From NCBI GenBank assembly GCA_963656875.1, contig CAVKKE010000001.1, positions 1 to 59,359 on the forward strand: a DNA stretch of 59,359 bases, in the 5' to 3' direction. A program made the translations under genes and the position numbers. Positions 48,429 to 58,105 of this stretch are shown in pieces. Position 1 is the first letter of the stretch; each line of letters opens with the position of its first letter. Source of the DNA: Barnesiella intestinihominis (GTDB lineage: Bacteria > Bacillota > Clostridia > Oscillospirales > Ruminococcaceae). The notes beneath the pieces are model-generated. The model did no database searches and was not told the DNA's origin. It worked only from the letters and a program-made list of their open reading frames with translations.

Positions 48429-50297
48429 TTATTTCCTCGCTGCCAATGCAATGCTCAGCTGTGCCACATCCGACGGCGACACGCCAGGGATGCGTCCTGC
48501 CTGCCCCAGATTCTTGGGCCGGATGCGGGCCAGCTTTTCGCGGGCTTCCAGTGTCAGGCCGGTCAGGTCAGCGTATTCAAAATCTTCCGGGATCAGGGTC
48601 TTCTCGTGGCGGGCCACATCGCGGATCATCCTGTCCTGCCGGGCAATGTAGCCTGCGTATTTGATCTCCGTTTCCAGCCGCTCGGCCAGCATAGGGGTGA
48701 TCTCTTCTCCCCAGCCAATGACGCCAGCCAGCAGCGGATAGCTGATCTCCGGGCGGCGCAGCAGCTCTTCGGCAATGCCGCCCTCGGCTGCGGGCGCAAG
48801 GCCTGCCGCTTCCATGGCAGCGCGCAGGTCTGCGGTGCGCAGATGAGTCTCATGCAGGCGGCGGCGCTCTGCTTCCAGAATGCTCTGAGTGTGCTGATAT
48901 TTGGCCCAGCGGTCGTCCTGCACAAGGCCATATTCCCTGCCGATGGGGGTCAGCCGCTGGTCGGCATTGTCCTGACGCAGGGTCAGGCGGTATTCGCTAC
49001 GGCTGGTCATCATGCGGTAAGGGTCCATGACGCCCTTGGTCACCAGGTCATCCACCAGTGTGCCCAGATAGCTGGTATGACGCGGCAGGATAAGCTGCTC
49101 TTCGCCCAGCGCATTGCGGGCGGCGTTCAGACCAGCCAGCAAGCCCTGTGCAGCAGCTTCCTCATAGCCGGAGGTGCCGTTGAACTGGCCCGCGCCGTAC
49201 AAGCCCCGCACCACCTTGCTTTCCAGCGTGGCTTCCAGACTGGTGGGGTCTACGCAGTCGTACTCGATGGCGTAGGCCGGGCGCATGACCTCAATGTTTT
49301 CAAAGCCCTTGATACTGCGGTAGAATGCGTTCTGCACATCCTCCGGCAGGCTGCTGGAAGCACCCTGCAGATACATTTCCTCAGTGTTTTCGCCGCAGGG
49401 CTCCACAAAGATGGGGTGCCTGTCCTTCCCCGCAAAACGCACCACCTTGTCCTCGATGGACGGGCAGTAGCGCGGGCCCACACCCTCGATCATGCCGCCG
49501 TAAAGCGGGCTGCGCTGGATGTTGTCCAGAATGATCCTGTGGGTCTCGGGATTCGTGTAGGCAATCCAGCACTCCACCTTATTGTGCATGGTGGCGTCCG
49601 TCATGAAGCTGAAAGGCTGCAGCTCATTGTCCGGGTCACCGGGCTGGCATTCCAGCTTGGAAAAATCGATGCTGCGGCGGTGCACACGGGCCGGGGTGCC
49701 GGTCTTGAACCGGCGCAGAGGCAGGCCCGCCGCTTTCAGGCTCTCTGTCAGGGCATTGGCAGCGTGCATTCCGTCCGGGCCGGACGCATACCACGCATCA
49801 CCGACAAAAATTTTGCCGCCAAGGTTCGTTCCAGTGGCAATGACCACGCACTTGGCGCTGTACTCGCCGTTCAGCTGGGTGACAACGCCCTTTACATGGC
49901 CGTCTTCCACCTCAATGCCAACCACCTCGGCCTGATGAATGGCAAGGCCGGGCGTCAGCTCAAGGGCATGTTTCATATATTCATGGTAGCGCTTGCGGTC
50001 GGTCTGCACACGCAGGGCGTGCACCGCCGGACCCTTGCCCTTGTTGAGCATCCGGCTCTGCAGGTAGGTGGCGTCTGCGGCCAGGCCCATCACACCGCCC
50101 AGAGCATCCAATTCGCGTACCAGCGTGCCTTTTGCCGTGCCGCCAATGCTGGGGTTGCAGGGCATATTGCCGATGGCATCCAGGCTCATGGTGAACACAG
50201 CCGTTTTCGCGCCCAGCGTCGCGGCGGCATAGGCCGCTTCAATGCCGGCGTGGCCGGCACCGATGACGATGACGTCATAATCTCCTAAGTGGTTCAT
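48429..50297 (-). CDS. mnmG: tRNA U34 carboxymethylaminomethyl modification enzyme MnmG/GidA
   Basis: GAGHAG.EAA, CNPSIGG, KTGTP, GPRYCPSIE, GQFNGTSGYEEA and PYRM.TSRSEYR motifs. Confidence 0.97.
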   Translation of the reverse strand: MNHLGDYDVIVIGAGHAGIEAAYAAATLGAKTAVFTMSLDAIGNMPCNPSIGGTAKGTLVRELDALGGVMGLAADATYLQSRMLNKGKGPAVHALRVQTDRKRYHEYMKHALELTPGLAIHQAEVVGIEVEDGHVKGVVTQLNGEYSAKCVVIATGTNLGGKIFVGDAWYASGPDGMHAANALTESLKAAGLPLRRFKTGTPARVHRRSIDFSKLECQPGDPDNELQPFSFMTDATMHNKVECWIAYTNPETHRIILDNIQRSPLYGGMIEGVGPRYCPSIEDKVVRFAGKDRHPIFVEPCGENTEEMYLQGASSSLPEDVQNAFYRSIKGFENIEVMRPAYAIEYDCVDPTSLEATLESKVVRGLYGAGQFNGTSGYEEAAAQGLLAGLNAARNALGEEQLILPRHTSYLGTLVDDLVTKGVMDPYRMMTSRSEYRLTLRQDNADQRLTPIGREYGLVQDDRWAKYQHTQSILEAERRRLHETHLRTADLRAAMEAAGLAPAAEGGIAEELLRRPEISYPLLAGVIGWGEEITPMLAERLETEIKYAGYIARQDRMIRDVARHEKTLIPEDFEYADLTGLTLEAREKLARIRPKNLGQAGRIPGVSPSDVAQLSIALAARK

Positions 50298-50330
50298 AAC
50301 TTTCTCGGGTTCCCTCTATACAAAACAACA

Positions 50331-50715
50331 ATTTGGAATTGTCTCCGCTTCGCTCTGACAATATCAGAGGAAAATTATTTATAATTTGCAAGCAAGAAAA
50401 GCCTGCGGGCTTTTCTTGCTTGCCTTTTCACGGGCAGGGTCGTGGAAGAAAACAGCATCTTTGATGGCAGGACGGCGGGAAGGTACATCCAGCCCGACTC
50501 CTCCAGTCACCTTCGGTGACAGCCCCCTCGGAGATGGGGCCCTTGGCAAAACCGGAAGCTTTTCCGCACTGCCAAAGGCTCCCTCCTTGAGGGAGCTGGC
50601 AAAGCCGTCAGGCTTTGTCTGAAGGAGTTCTGCCCTCCGATAAAATGCATCTCACCTTTGCAGAACTGTCACGTCAGCGACTTCAAATCGCCCACGCGCT
50701 CCACGGGAAGCGCTT
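50331..50715 (+). repeat. Family B copy 4 with a nested family C repeat (about 50494-50630)
   Basis: AATTGTCTCCGCTTCGCTCTGACAATATCAGAGGAAAA head; CCTGCGGG hairpin; internal ACTCCTCCAGTC...CTGAAGGAGT unit; the end is approximate. Confidence 0.75.
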
Positions 50716-50717
50716 TC

Positions 50718-52088
50718 TCACTTTCCCACGCAGAACCGCTCGAACACCTGTTCGATGACGGCTTCCGATGCATTTTCGCCGGTCAGCTCACACAGAGCAT
50801 CCAGTGCATCATCTACGCACACTGAAACCGCGTCCAAGCCGAAGCCGCCCTCGGCGGCTTCCAGTGCCCCGGCCACAGCATCCCGCGCCCGCAGGGCGGC
50901 GGCAAGCTGCCGCTGGCCGGAAAGGCTGGCGGCATGGGGGTCGATCTGACTGGTGCCCAGCAGGCGGGCCACCGCCGCCGCGATCACTTTCCGGCTCCCC
51001 TCTTCCCGGCAGCAGACCGGAATGACCATGGCAAAATAGGGCGCGATGATCTCGTCATCAAACTGAGTGGGCCGGTCTTCCTTGTTCACCAGCGCAATGG
51101 CCGGGCGCCCGGCGCAGCGGCGGGCCAGCTCCAGATCTTCCCGTGTGGGCGGCTCGGAGCCGTCGAACACAGCCAGGATCAGCCCTGCCTCCTCCAGCTT
51201 CTTCCAGCTGCGGCGGATGCCCTCCGCCTCAATGGCGTCCTCGGTCTGGCGCAGGCCGGCGGTGTCGAACAGGTTCAGCCGGATGTCTCCCAGCTGCACG
51301 GCCTGCTCCACCACGTCGCGGGTGGTGCCCGCCACCGGGGTCACGATGGCCCGGTCGAACCCGGCCAGCAGATTGAGCAACGTAGACTTGCCCGCGTTGG
51401 GCCGGCCCAGAATGGCGCAGTCCACGCCCTCCCGCAGAACCGTGTCCGCCTGATAGTTGTTGATGAGCCTGTTCAGCTCTGCCTGCACGCCGTCCAGCAC
51501 ACTGTGCAGGTGGGCCGTGTCCAGCTCCGGGACATCTTCTTCGGGGAAATCCACCCAGGCCGCCAGATGGGCCTGAATGGCGGTGAGCTCCTCTTTCTGG
51601 GCCTTGATCTTCTTCGCCAGTGCACCGTTCAGGGCTGCATTGGCCAGTGCCGCACCCTGTCGGCCATCGGCAGAGATCAGATCCATCACAGCTTCTGCCT
51701 GAGTCAGGCCCAGCTTGCCGTTCAGGAATGCACGGCGGGTGTACTCGCCGGGTGCCGCAGGCTGAGCGCCTGCCGCAAAGCAGGCTTCCACCAGCCGCCG
51801 GGCCACCGCATTGCCGCCATGGCAGGAAAGCTCCACCACGTCCTCGCCGGTGTAGCTGTGAGGAGCACGGAAAAACAGAGCAACACCTTCATCAAAGGCA
51901 TCCTCTCCTTCCACAAAATGGCCGAACAGAGCCGTATAGCCCTTGGCGTCCTGCACCTTTTTTGCGGCGTTGGCCGGGCGGAACACCCGCGCCGCCACCT
52001 CATAACTCTCCGCACCGGAAAGCCGCACCACGGCAATGCCGCCGGCCCCCGGAGCTGTTGCGATCGCTGCAATGGTCGTTTCCTGCAT
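50718..52088 (-). CDS. mnmE: tRNA modification GTPase MnmE/TrmE
   Basis: TIAAIAT, PHSYTGED, GRPNAGKS, GTTRD, DTAG and C-terminal FCVGK motifs. Confidence 0.97.
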   Translation of the reverse strand: MQETTIAAIATAPGAGGIAVVRLSGAESYEVAARVFRPANAAKKVQDAKGYTALFGHFVEGEDAFDEGVALFFRAPHSYTGEDVVELSCHGGNAVARRLVEACFAAGAQPAAPGEYTRRAFLNGKLGLTQAEAVMDLISADGRQGAALANAALNGALAKKIKAQKEELTAIQAHLAAWVDFPEEDVPELDTAHLHSVLDGVQAELNRLINNYQADTVLREGVDCAILGRPNAGKSTLLNLLAGFDRAIVTPVAGTTRDVVEQAVQLGDIRLNLFDTAGLRQTEDAIEAEGIRRSWKKLEEAGLILAVFDGSEPPTREDLELARRCAGRPAIALVNKEDRPTQFDDEIIAPYFAMVIPVCCREEGSRKVIAAAVARLLGTSQIDPHAASLSGQRQLAAALRARDAVAGALEAAEGGFGLDAVSVCVDDALDALCELTGENASEAVIEQVFERFCVGK

Positions 52089-52098
52089 GGTTTTCCTT

Positions 52099-53151
52099 TC
52101 AGCGTCTCTGCTGTCTCAGGACGCGGTAATGCTCTTCCTTTTCAAAATACATCCGTTTTTCCGCCTTACGGCACAGCTCTCCCACATCAATGCTGCCTGC
52201 ATTCGCTGTGGCAACACCCACAGCGACGGAATAGCCTGCCTTGCCCACGATGACGACAAAATCTTCCACCCATTTGCGCACTGCCGGGTCCTGCCAATCT
52301 GTCACATAGGCCACAAATTCGTCGCCGCCAATGCGGTAGCAGTTGTTTTTGCCGAACACTTCCCTCATTTCCAGCGCCACAACCTGCAGCATCCGGTCGC
52401 CTCTGTCGTGGCCTTCACTGTTGTTCAGGTCGTGCAGGCCGTTCACATCCACATAGATGCAGCTCAAAGACACCTCGCAGCGGGAAGCCCAGTCGTCCCG
52501 TTCTCTCTCAATGGCGTTGCGGTTCTTCATGCCCGTGAGAACATCAAAACTGGCGATCTCGCGCATTTTTCTCCGGGATATCGCGTTCTGATACATGGTG
52601 ATCATGGTGAAGGTGGAGATGATGCAGGAGATCACGTCAAAGAACACCGCGTTGACGATGTCCACCGTCATGGTGCGCCCGCTCTCAAAAACAGCCATCA
52701 TCACAATGAAGATGCCGTCAAACAGCAGCACATTGGCGATGTGCTGGATGGGCGGCATGACGAACAGAAGCGGCACTGCCAGCAAAAAAGCGATGAAGGT
52801 GACCGAGAGTTCTTCCGGCGCGTACACCGCCTCCGCAATGCCCAGCACATACAGCATGGCTGCAAAGGCGTACATCAGCCACCGCAGGAACAGCCCGTTC
52901 TGATCCGGGAACATCATATCCACCAGACGCAGCCCGGAGCAGATGATGAACGTGATGCAGTAAAGCAGGCTGCGCTCCCGCAGGACGCTGATCCCGCCTG
53001 ACAGGCATGTGATCGCAAACAGCAGCCCCATCGACATTTTCAGATAAACATGCAGCTTGCTGCGATTTTCCTCGCCGATCTCCTGCTGACAGTCTTTATA
53101 ATCCTGCAGATCCAGTCCGCCATAATACAGGAGCTTTTGGATACAATTCAA
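52099..53151 (-). CDS. Membrane-bound diguanylate cyclase (GGDEF)
   Basis: N-terminal TM helices; DVLTG..NR, DVNGL..LN..GH..GD and intact RIGGDEF motifs; probable TTG start. Confidence 0.88.
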   Translation of the reverse strand: MNCIQKLLYYGGLDLQDYKDCQQEIGEENRSKLHVYLKMSMGLLFAITCLSGGISVLRERSLLYCITFIICSGLRLVDMMFPDQNGLFLRWLMYAFAAMLYVLGIAEAVYAPEELSVTFIAFLLAVPLLFVMPPIQHIANVLLFDGIFIVMMAVFESGRTMTVDIVNAVFFDVISCIISTFTMITMYQNAISRRKMREIASFDVLTGMKNRNAIERERDDWASRCEVSLSCIYVDVNGLHDLNNSEGHDRGDRMLQVVALEMREVFGKNNCYRIGGDEFVAYVTDWQDPAVRKWVEDFVVIVGKAGYSVAVGVATANAGSIDVGELCRKAEKRMYFEKEEHYRVLRQQRR

Positions 53152-53265
53152 CGCGGTCCGCCTTCTTTCTGCAAGATCCGGGCATCCTTTTTTCTGCAAA
53201 AAAGATACCAATACATTTTTATTGTACCACGAAATCCAGCGGAATGATACTGCTTTTTTCAACCT

Positions 53266-53279
53266 TTTTCCCGGGAAAT
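53266..53279. promoter_or_regulatory. Noc-binding site
   Basis: TTTTCCCGGGAAAT, 13/14 match to the B. subtilis NBS ATTTCCCGGGAAAT. Confidence 0.65.
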
Positions 53280-53370
53280 GGTTGAAAATCTGTCCTGTTT
53301 CGCGCAAAAACGGGGTCCCCCGCCTGTGCGGAGAACCCCGTCGTTCTGATTTTACAAAATCGTTTTGGTC

Positions 53371-55182
53371 TTATACAGATGCCAGATCTGCAGTGGTGAT
53401 GGCCTTGCCCGGCAGCGTGCGGGAATCTGCATTCTCGCTGAGTTTCAGCTTGCCATCGCGCAGCAGCTGCACAGCCTTCTCGTGGTCAGCGGCATTCCAG
53501 TTGTTGCCGATGATCTTCCAGTTGTTGTCCACATGGGGCTCGATGGTGCCGCCCTTGACGGTGCGGATGTACTCGCCCAGCAGTTCGCGGACGCCGCCCA
53601 CATCGCCGCGCACGTCGATCTCCAGCAGCTTCGGCAGTTCCTCGCCTGCCACGAAGATATCCGCAGCAGCCAGCAGCTGAGTGGTGGCACGGTAGTTGTT
53701 CACGGCGATCACAAAGGTGTCGGTGTCCTTCACTGCCTTGCCGTCCGGCCACTTGAGGTTCTTGATGCGGTGGCCCGGCTCTTCGGAAATATCCAGATCG
53801 TAGCTGACGCCCTCAAAGGCATCGTACAGGTAGTAGCGCACGGAGGGATCGAAAGCGATGGTCACTTCGCCCGGCTGCCAGGTCTTGAAGAAGGCAGCGG
53901 ACCACTCCATGTAGCGGCGCAACTGTTCGCCGGTCATCTGCAGCTTGTACAGAGTGTTCTGATAGGTGTAGATGCTGGCCATGTCGCACTTACGGATGGT
54001 GCCCTCGCGCATCTGGGAGGTCATGGAGGTCAGAGCCGTTGCAGAGACCTGTGCGCCAGTGTAGTACATCTGCACTTCGTTGATGAAGTCCAGCAGAGCG
54101 GTATCCTGGATCATAGCCTGCGGCAGGCAGTCGATCTCATTTTCAGGTGCCAGGTCGCCGCCCTTCAGCTCGCCGATGGGGGTCACGGCGTCTTCCTTGG
54201 CGCGGGTGTCGTAGGAAGCCAGCAGCTCGGTCAGTTCGGGATCGGGTGCGTAGTCCTTGATGATCAGGTTCTCAGAGGTGCGGTTGACCACCTTCCACTT
54301 GCCGTCCAGCTGACGCTCCAGATAGACGTGGATCTCGGACAGGGTGGCACCGGCGTTCTTGTTCTCCACCACCAGCACGTTGTTGATCATCATGTTGGGG
54401 ATGCTCTTGTGGCCGTGGCCGCCAACGATGACATCGAACTCAGGGCAGGCATTTGCCAGATCGGTGACGCCGGAACCATAGACACCGTACTCATTCTCAG
54501 TGTCCATGTGCATGACACCGATCAGAACGTCCACCTGATCCTTGATCTTATCGATGATCTTGCGGCTCTCGTCCACGGGGTTGGTGACGGTCCAGCCCTC
54601 CAGATTCTTGGCATCCCAGCGGTTGATGTTGGGGGTGACCATGCCGATGACGCCGATCTTGACGGTGCCCTTCTGGATGATGGTGTAGCCGTCTGCCAGC
54701 GGAGTGCCGTCCGGAGCATAGACGTTGCCGGTCAGGGTCTTTGCCTTCTGCTCACCGATGACCTTTTTCAGCACGTCCATGCCGTAGTTATACTCATGGT
54801 TGCCGGTGGTCCACACATCGTAGCCGATGGCGTTCATGGCAGCGATCATGGGGTGCACATCGTCGTTCAGGAACAGCTCTGCGGAATTTGCCTGAATGGT
54901 ATCGCCTGCATCCACGACCAGGGTGTTCTTGGTACGGCACTGCTTGATGGCCGTGGCCTGCTGTGCCACACTGCCGGAGGCGTCTTCCTTGTTGGCAGCG
55001 TAATCCCAGGGGTCGAACTTGCCGTGGGTGTCACTGGTGGCAAGGATCTGCAGATCCATGCTCCACAGGGACTTGATGTCACATGCTGCAGCAGAGGGAG
55101 CCATGCAGCTGGCGGCAGCGAGGGTGGCAGATGCGCCTGCACCGCGCAGGAAGCTGCGGCGGGAGATTTTGTTCTGAGCCAT
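53371..55182 (-). CDS. Bifunctional 2',3'-cyclic phosphodiesterase/5'-nucleotidase family (CpdB/UshA-like), twin-arginine-like signal
   Basis: SDTHG, DAGD, GNHEYNYG, GGHGH, IYTYQNTL and NNYR motifs; SRRSFL N-terminus. Confidence 0.9.
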   Translation of the reverse strand: MAQNKISRRSFLRGAGASATLAAASCMAPSAAACDIKSLWSMDLQILATSDTHGKFDPWDYAANKEDASGSVAQQATAIKQCRTKNTLVVDAGDTIQANSAELFLNDDVHPMIAAMNAIGYDVWTTGNHEYNYGMDVLKKVIGEQKAKTLTGNVYAPDGTPLADGYTIIQKGTVKIGVIGMVTPNINRWDAKNLEGWTVTNPVDESRKIIDKIKDQVDVLIGVMHMDTENEYGVYGSGVTDLANACPEFDVIVGGHGHKSIPNMMINNVLVVENKNAGATLSEIHVYLERQLDGKWKVVNRTSENLIIKDYAPDPELTELLASYDTRAKEDAVTPIGELKGGDLAPENEIDCLPQAMIQDTALLDFINEVQMYYTGAQVSATALTSMTSQMREGTIRKCDMASIYTYQNTLYKLQMTGEQLRRYMEWSAAFFKTWQPGEVTIAFDPSVRYYLYDAFEGVSYDLDISEEPGHRIKNLKWPDGKAVKDTDTFVIAVNNYRATTQLLAAADIFVAGEELPKLLEIDVRGDVGGVRELLGEYIRTVKGGTIEPHVDNNWKIIGNNWNAADHEKAVQLLRDGKLKLSENADSRTLPGKAITTADLASV

Positions 55183-55421
55183 AATGATTACCTCTCTTTT
55201 CCATTATCCTGTCTGTTCCTCACGAACAGATCACTCTTGATTACAGTATAAAGCCTTTTACAATTGTTTTACAATTGCCATTTAAGAGAAAATTTTTCCT
55301 TAAAATCCGACAAGTTCTCCAATTCTTGGAGAAGAATGACTTTTGTCGTGTTCAGTATAACCGTTTCGGCTCCCGCCCGAAACCATCTTCCGGTCAGGTT
55401 TGGGTAAAATATGATGTTAGC

Positions 55422-55587
55422 GGCCTCGCCCTCTCGGCTTCACTTCGTTCAGCAGCTCTCCCAAAGGGAGAGCCCTTGGCAAAACCGGGCGTTTTGTCAG
55501 CCTGTTGCAGGGAACGCATTCATGCGTTCCGCTTGTTTTCCGAAAGATGCAGCTTCCCCTGCGGAACGGATAAATCCGATCCCTACA
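55422..55587. repeat. Family C repeat abutting a GTAG-type REP doublet (55506-55587)
   Basis: GCAGGGAACGCATTCATGCGTTCC and, inverted, GTAGGGATCGGATTTATCCGTTCC. Confidence 0.75.
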
Positions 55588-55751
55588 AAATTTCCGCAGG
55601 CAGATGCCGCTTTCCTCTACTGCCTCTTCTGTAAAAAAGCAGATCTGGAATGACCACAGTCATTCCGGATCTGCAATAATAAAAACAATCTTTCCGCTGA
55701 AAATAGCCAGAGCAAACGCGGCGGCTATTCAAATCGTTCTTTTACCCAAAA

Positions 55752-56930
55752 TCACAGTTCGATCTTGCCGAAGCTGAAATCTGCAAAATCATCCACACGC
55801 TCGGTGCGCTTGGGTGCCACCGGTGCGGCGCTCTCTGCGTCGCGGGGTGCATAGGTACGCTCAGGCACGCTGGACGGGCGCGGGCCGCGGCCATTGGAAG
55901 GACGGCTGCCGCGGTAACCACCACGGTTTCCGTTGCGGTCGCCGTGCTCGGAACGGCTGCCGCCGCGATAGCCGCCATTGCGGTTTCCGCCGGGACGGCG
56001 GCCATTGCCGCCGCGTCCGCCACGGGGACGGCGCTCACCGTAAGTGTTCTCGTTCTGTGCATCGGGTGCGGTGGAGTAAATGACCACACGGCGGTCACGG
56101 CCTTCACCCTTGCTCTCGCTGCGCACGCCCTCCATCTTGCTGATGGCAGAGTGGATGATGCGGCGCTCGTAGGGGTTCATGGGCTCCATGGCGAAACTGC
56201 GGCCAGTCTTGCGCACCTTGTTGCCAATGCGCTGTGCCAGAGCGGTCAGGTCGCTTTCGCGCTTGTCGCGGTAGCCTGCCACGTCCAGACCCAGCTTGAT
56301 GTAATCGCCTTCCAGACGGTTGGCCACCAGGCTTGCCAGATAGGACAGGCTCTCCATGGTCTCGCCGCGGCGGCCGATGAGGGCACCCAGCTTTTCGCCG
56401 TCCAGACGGATGATGGTGGCTTCGCCCTTCTGCACTGCGCTGAAGGTGACATTCTCCACGCCCATCAGGCGGATGACCTCGCTCAGGTAGTCCACAGCCG
56501 CCTTGACCTTGGCGTTTTCCTCAATGACGATGGGGACTTCGGTCTCCTCTTCCTCTGCAGCAGGCTGCTCGGCAGGAGCGGCTTCGACAGCGGGAGCAAC
56601 AGGCTCAGCCTTCACCTCCGGCTCAGACGCCGGGGCGGGCTGTGCGGGAGCTTCCGGTGCAGGTTCCGCCTTGACAGGCTCCTGCACAGGCTCAGGCTTC
56701 TTCTCTTCCACAGCCGGTGCAACGGGAGCTGCAGCCGGAGCATCCGGCTCTTCCACGCTCACGCACACCTTGGCGGGGGTAGTCTTCAGGCCCAGAAAAC
56801 CAGTCTTCTGGGGCATTTCCAGCACTTCACAGCTGACATTCAGATCATCGGCCTGCACGCCCAGCAGAGCGCAGGCTTTTGCGCGGGCTTCATCGACCGT
56901 CTTGCCGGTCGCTTCCTGCTTACGGATCAT
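55752..56930 (-). CDS. jag: Jag/EloR (KhpB) RNA-binding protein
   Basis: GKTVDEA, GFLG, KH LIGRRGET and R3H ERRIIH motifs; long P/A/E linker and RG-rich tail. Confidence 0.94.
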   Translation of the reverse strand: MIRKQEATGKTVDEARAKACALLGVQADDLNVSCEVLEMPQKTGFLGLKTTPAKVCVSVEEPDAPAAAPVAPAVEEKKPEPVQEPVKAEPAPEAPAQPAPASEPEVKAEPVAPAVEAAPAEQPAAEEEETEVPIVIEENAKVKAAVDYLSEVIRLMGVENVTFSAVQKGEATIIRLDGEKLGALIGRRGETMESLSYLASLVANRLEGDYIKLGLDVAGYRDKRESDLTALAQRIGNKVRKTGRSFAMEPMNPYERRIIHSAISKMEGVRSESKGEGRDRRVVIYSTAPDAQNENTYGERRPRGGRGGNGRRPGGNRNGGYRGGSRSEHGDRNGNRGGYRGSRPSNGRGPRPSSVPERTYAPRDAESAAPVAPKRTERVDDFADFSFGKIEL

Positions 56931-56945
56931 AACCGTTTTTCCTCC

Positions 56946-58022
56946 TTATTCCTTGTCCTGCTTGTTCAGCTCACTCAGCGGCACCGTGCGCTCGTCCTTG
57001 TAGCGCTCAGCATCCAGCTGGCGGGCATACTCCAGACGGCGCTTGTTCATCTCGCTGGCGGAAAGGTTCTTTTCCGTGGTCTTGCCGGTCTTGGGATCGG
57101 TGACCTTGACGGTGGTGTTCTTCACGCCGCGCTTTTCCTGCTTTTTCTTTGCGGCGATCTCAGCTTCCACTTCCTTGCGCATCTTCTCGGGGTCATAGAC
57201 CTTGCGCATGATCTGGGTCTGCACGGTCATGACGATGTTGGAAATGACGTAGTACAGAGAGAATGCCAGAGGATAGGTGAAGCAGAAGAACAGGTACATC
57301 AGCGGCATCATGTACATGGTCAGCTTCATGCTGCCCTGCATCTGCTGGCCGCTGGCCTTCATGCTGATGTGGGTGGACAGGAACATGGTGATGACCGACA
57401 GCAGCGGCAGCACGATATCCAGAGACAGGCCGATCTTCGGCACGCGGGTCAGGTCGATGCCCAGGAAGGTCATGTGCTGGCTGAACTCGGTGATGGTGGC
57501 GATCTGCTCGGCGGTGAAGCAGCCGGCCAGAGCGCTGTTGCCGCCTGCCACCAGCTGAGAAATGATGGTGGTGTCGCGGGTGATGGCGGTGAAGCTGACG
57601 CCGGAGGCGGTCAGGGCCTCACCGGCAGCGGTCAGGGCAGCGGCGCTGATGTGGAAAATGCGCTGCAAGGGGTTGTACACGACGCCGATAACACCGAACA
57701 TCACCAGGAAGTTCAGCAGCATGGGCACGCAACCTGCAGTGGGGTTGTAGCCATAGTCCTGCTGCAGCTTGAGCATTTCCTCCTGCTGCTTTTCGGGCTT
57801 GTCCTTATACTTGGTCTGGATCTCCTGCATCATCGGCTGGAAAGCAGACATCTTTGCCATGCTCTTCTGCTGGCTCAGCTGCAGGGGGATCTTGATGATG
57901 TTGATGAGCAGCGTGAAGAGGATGATGTCCCAGCCATAGCTCGGGAGCAGCTTGTAGATCCACTCCATGACATAGCCGAGAGGACCGCTCAGGATGTAAA
58001 AGAAGTTCATACCTTTGTCCAT
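56946..58022 (-). CDS. yidC: Membrane protein insertase YidC/Oxa1
   Basis: QP..QEIQ.KY, YNPTAGCVP, FLGIDL and LYYVISN motifs; canonical position. Confidence 0.93.
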   Translation of the reverse strand: MDKGMNFFYILSGPLGYVMEWIYKLLPSYGWDIILFTLLINIIKIPLQLSQQKSMAKMSAFQPMMQEIQTKYKDKPEKQQEEMLKLQQDYGYNPTAGCVPMLLNFLVMFGVIGVVYNPLQRIFHISAAALTAAGEALTASGVSFTAITRDTTIISQLVAGGNSALAGCFTAEQIATITEFSQHMTFLGIDLTRVPKIGLSLDIVLPLLSVITMFLSTHISMKASGQQMQGSMKLTMYMMPLMYLFFCFTYPLAFSLYYVISNIVMTVQTQIMRKVYDPEKMRKEVEAEIAAKKKQEKRGVKNTTVKVTDPKTGKTTEKNLSASEMNKRRLEYARQLDAERYKDERTVPLSELNKQDKE

Positions 58023-58105
58023 TCTGCCCCGCCTGTGGCGCGGGACTTGTTATTTTTTATCGTAGGACACGCCGCCCACAGTGCACCGCGTCACAAGAAG
58101 CTGAT

